Below are positions 42,715 to 43,975 of a DNA stretch of 43,975 nucleotides, one piece after another (positions within the stretch are counted from its first letter, which is position 1; the number at the start of each line of letters is the position of its first letter). The notes under the pieces were generated by a model that was given only the letters and a program-made list of their open reading frames with translations, made no database searches and was not told where the DNA came from. Source of the DNA: a virus (taxonomy: Duplodnaviria; Caudoviricetes); IMG/VR virus record IMGVR_UViG_3300038393_001848, positions 1-43,975 of that record. One strand, 5' to 3'. A program made the translations under genes and the position numbers.

Positions 42715-43148
42715 TTTTCCGCGAGCCGCAGCGAATCTGGCATCACATAGCCCGCGTCCAACTTGGCGAATTCAACTTCGTCGTGCAGCAGGGCGTCGAT
42801 CGTCCCCGTCGGGCGGTCCAGGTCGGTCGCGGTGCGCAGGCGTGTCGCCTGGTCGGGCGTCAGCGCCACCGGCTGCCCGCTTTCGTCACCGATGCCGCCC
42901 CATTCGCGTGCGCCCAGCCTGATCAGTTCGAAGCTGACCAGGTCGCCGACGTCGCGCTGCTGTTCGGGGTTCAAGTCGGCGAACTTGCCGACGCCGGCGG
43001 CCACCATTTCGCGGGATGCCACCCTAAGCGCGCGGCGGCGCAGCTTTGGGGTGATGGGGTCGAGCAGGACGAATGCTTCGGGGTCTTTGCCCTGCGCCTC
43101 GCGCAGGACCACACGCACCGCTTCGGGTGCCTTGCCGATGGTCAGCAT
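42546..43148 (-). CDS. Tail assembly chaperone gpG-like
   Basis: Between tube and TMP; WGGIGDESG motif; EKN slippery codons. Confidence 0.8.
   Translation of the reverse strand: MLTIGKAPEAVRVVLREAQGKDPEAFVLLDPITPKLRRRALRVASREMVAAGVGKFADLNPEQQRDVGDLVSFELIRLGAREWGGIGDESGQPVALTPDQATRLRTATDLDRPTGTIDALLHDEVEFAKLDAGYVMPDSLRLAEKNASSGSPNGTSVAATPGKDTATCRAGSRKGRSAAKNAPTRKTRSTRTKAKRSGKS
42711..42717 (-). promoter_or_regulatory. Programmed -1 frameshift slippery site A AAA AAC
   Basis: In-frame GAA AAA AAC in the chaperone gene, at the 5' end of the -1 ORF. Confidence 0.8.
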
Positions 43149-43205
43149 GAAATCACTTTCACTTGCGACGCGGGGCGCAGCGTCAGCCGCGCCCCCGTCA
43201 TTTCA

Positions 43206-43975
43206 TCAATAGCTGGCGACGTCGTTCACCAGTTCGACGGTGCAGACGTTGCCGTCCGCGCCCGACGCCTGCCAGTCGAAGCTGGCCTGGATGCCGGCGG
43301 GGCCGGTGATCGGCCGCTTTGAGCGCGGCAGGAAGGCGCGTTCATAGCTGAACAGCAGGCTGAAGGCGCCGAAGGTCCACCCGAACGTTAGTTCGACCGG
43401 TTCGCGGCCCTTGGCCTTGTTCAGCAACACCTGGTCCTTGAACCGCACCGTGACGTTGCCGGTGCCGCCCGACATGCCCGGGTCGGCATCCTCGATTTCG
43501 CCGTCGGGCTGGATGGTTTCGACCTTGTCGAGATTGTTCGAATAATTGAGCGTCGCGGCGACCACGCTGCCCAGCTGGACACCGTCCTGGGTGATTTCGC
43601 CAGTCGCCTGCGCGAAGCGGGTGACCGCCAGCGTGACAGGCGTTCCGGCCCCGCTGGTCAGCGCTGGGTCGAGCGCGCCCTTGGCGACCAGGCCAAGGTT
43701 GCAGTTCAGCAGACCGCGGCGGGTCAGGCCAATCTGCAACGTGCCGCCGCGCGCGCCGTAGTTCATTTCATAGTTGGGCACGTCGGGCATGGCGATTTCG
43801 ACCGACCGGCTTGGCAGCGTCGCAGCGCCGGACGCGAAGGTGTGCTTATTCGTGCCACCCGATAGCGTGGCGTCGCTGACCGTGCCGTTCGACCCTGCGG
43901 CGGCAGCAAGCGTGAAGGCGTTGCCGGCGAGGCCGGCGGTGTCATAGGCGACGTGCAGTTTCGTCGTGCCGACCT
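43206..43975 (-). CDS. Tail tube protein, 3' part
   Basis: YSNNLDKVETI, ITGPAGIQASFDWQA, ELVNDVASY; continuous with 1-788 via the overlap. Confidence 0.85.
   Translation of the reverse strand, partial: VGTTKLHVAYDTAGLAGNAFTLAAAAGSNGTVSDATLSGGTNKHTFASGAATLPSRSVEIAMPDVPNYEMNYGARGGTLQIGLTRRGLLNCNLGLVAKGALDPALTSGAGTPVTLAVTRFAQATGEITQDGVQLGSVVAATLNYSNNLDKVETIQPDGEIEDADPGMSGGTGNVTVRFKDQVLLNKAKGREPVELTFGWTFGAFSLLFSYERAFLPRSKRPITGPAGIQASFDWQASGADGNVCTVELVNDVASY
43678..43975. repeat. Terminal direct overlap, copy 2
   Basis: Same sequence as 1-298, lies inside the tail tube gene. Confidence 0.95.

Larger units (their letters stand above)
1..43975. mobile_element. Complete temperate siphovirus genome (excised/circular form), alphaproteobacterial
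   Basis: Full packaging, head, tail, lysis, immunity, replication and integration gene set; end overlap; intact attP in mid-contig; no host housekeeping flanks. Confidence 0.95.

Overview
The window is an apparently complete, circularly permuted genome (about 43,677 bp unique; positions 1-298 recur at 43678-43975) of a GC-rich temperate siphovirus of Alphaproteobacteria, probably Sphingomonadaceae (host is inference). It is in the excised form, with an intact attP next to the integrase. The minus strand carries a lambda-like packaging/head module (cosQ/cosN-like site, TerS, GpA TerL, gpW, portal, protease-capsid fusion), a GTA-like tail (tube, frameshifted chaperones, tape measure with M15 peptidase, DUF2460, DUF2163, NlpC/P60, tip, DUF2793 fibre), a lysis cassette (holin, SAR lysozyme, nested Rz/Rz1), and the cro-cII-replication operon. 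The plus strand carries cI, a lipoprotein, an early operon ending in a tyrosine integrase, and an O-acyltransferase moron. Cis elements read directly from the DNA are five 17-bp repressor operators, a GGAAGG iteron origin, arm sites around a 5'-half tRNA-Cys attP core, a terminator and a -1 slippery site. The most unusual signals are: (1) a DnaG primase split by an inserted DUF4326 gene, with its C-terminal helices now heading an SF3 helicase that ends in an SSB-like DDDDVPF tail; (2) several host-regulator mimics (charge-shifted acyl carrier protein, NepR-like peptide, receiver-less OmpR/CtrA-type wHTH, DUF3606); (3) a 59-aa gene nested out of frame inside a 513-aa ORF; (4) a multi-hairpin RNA-like element between cos and terS. 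All family assignments come from motif recognition; no database search was run.
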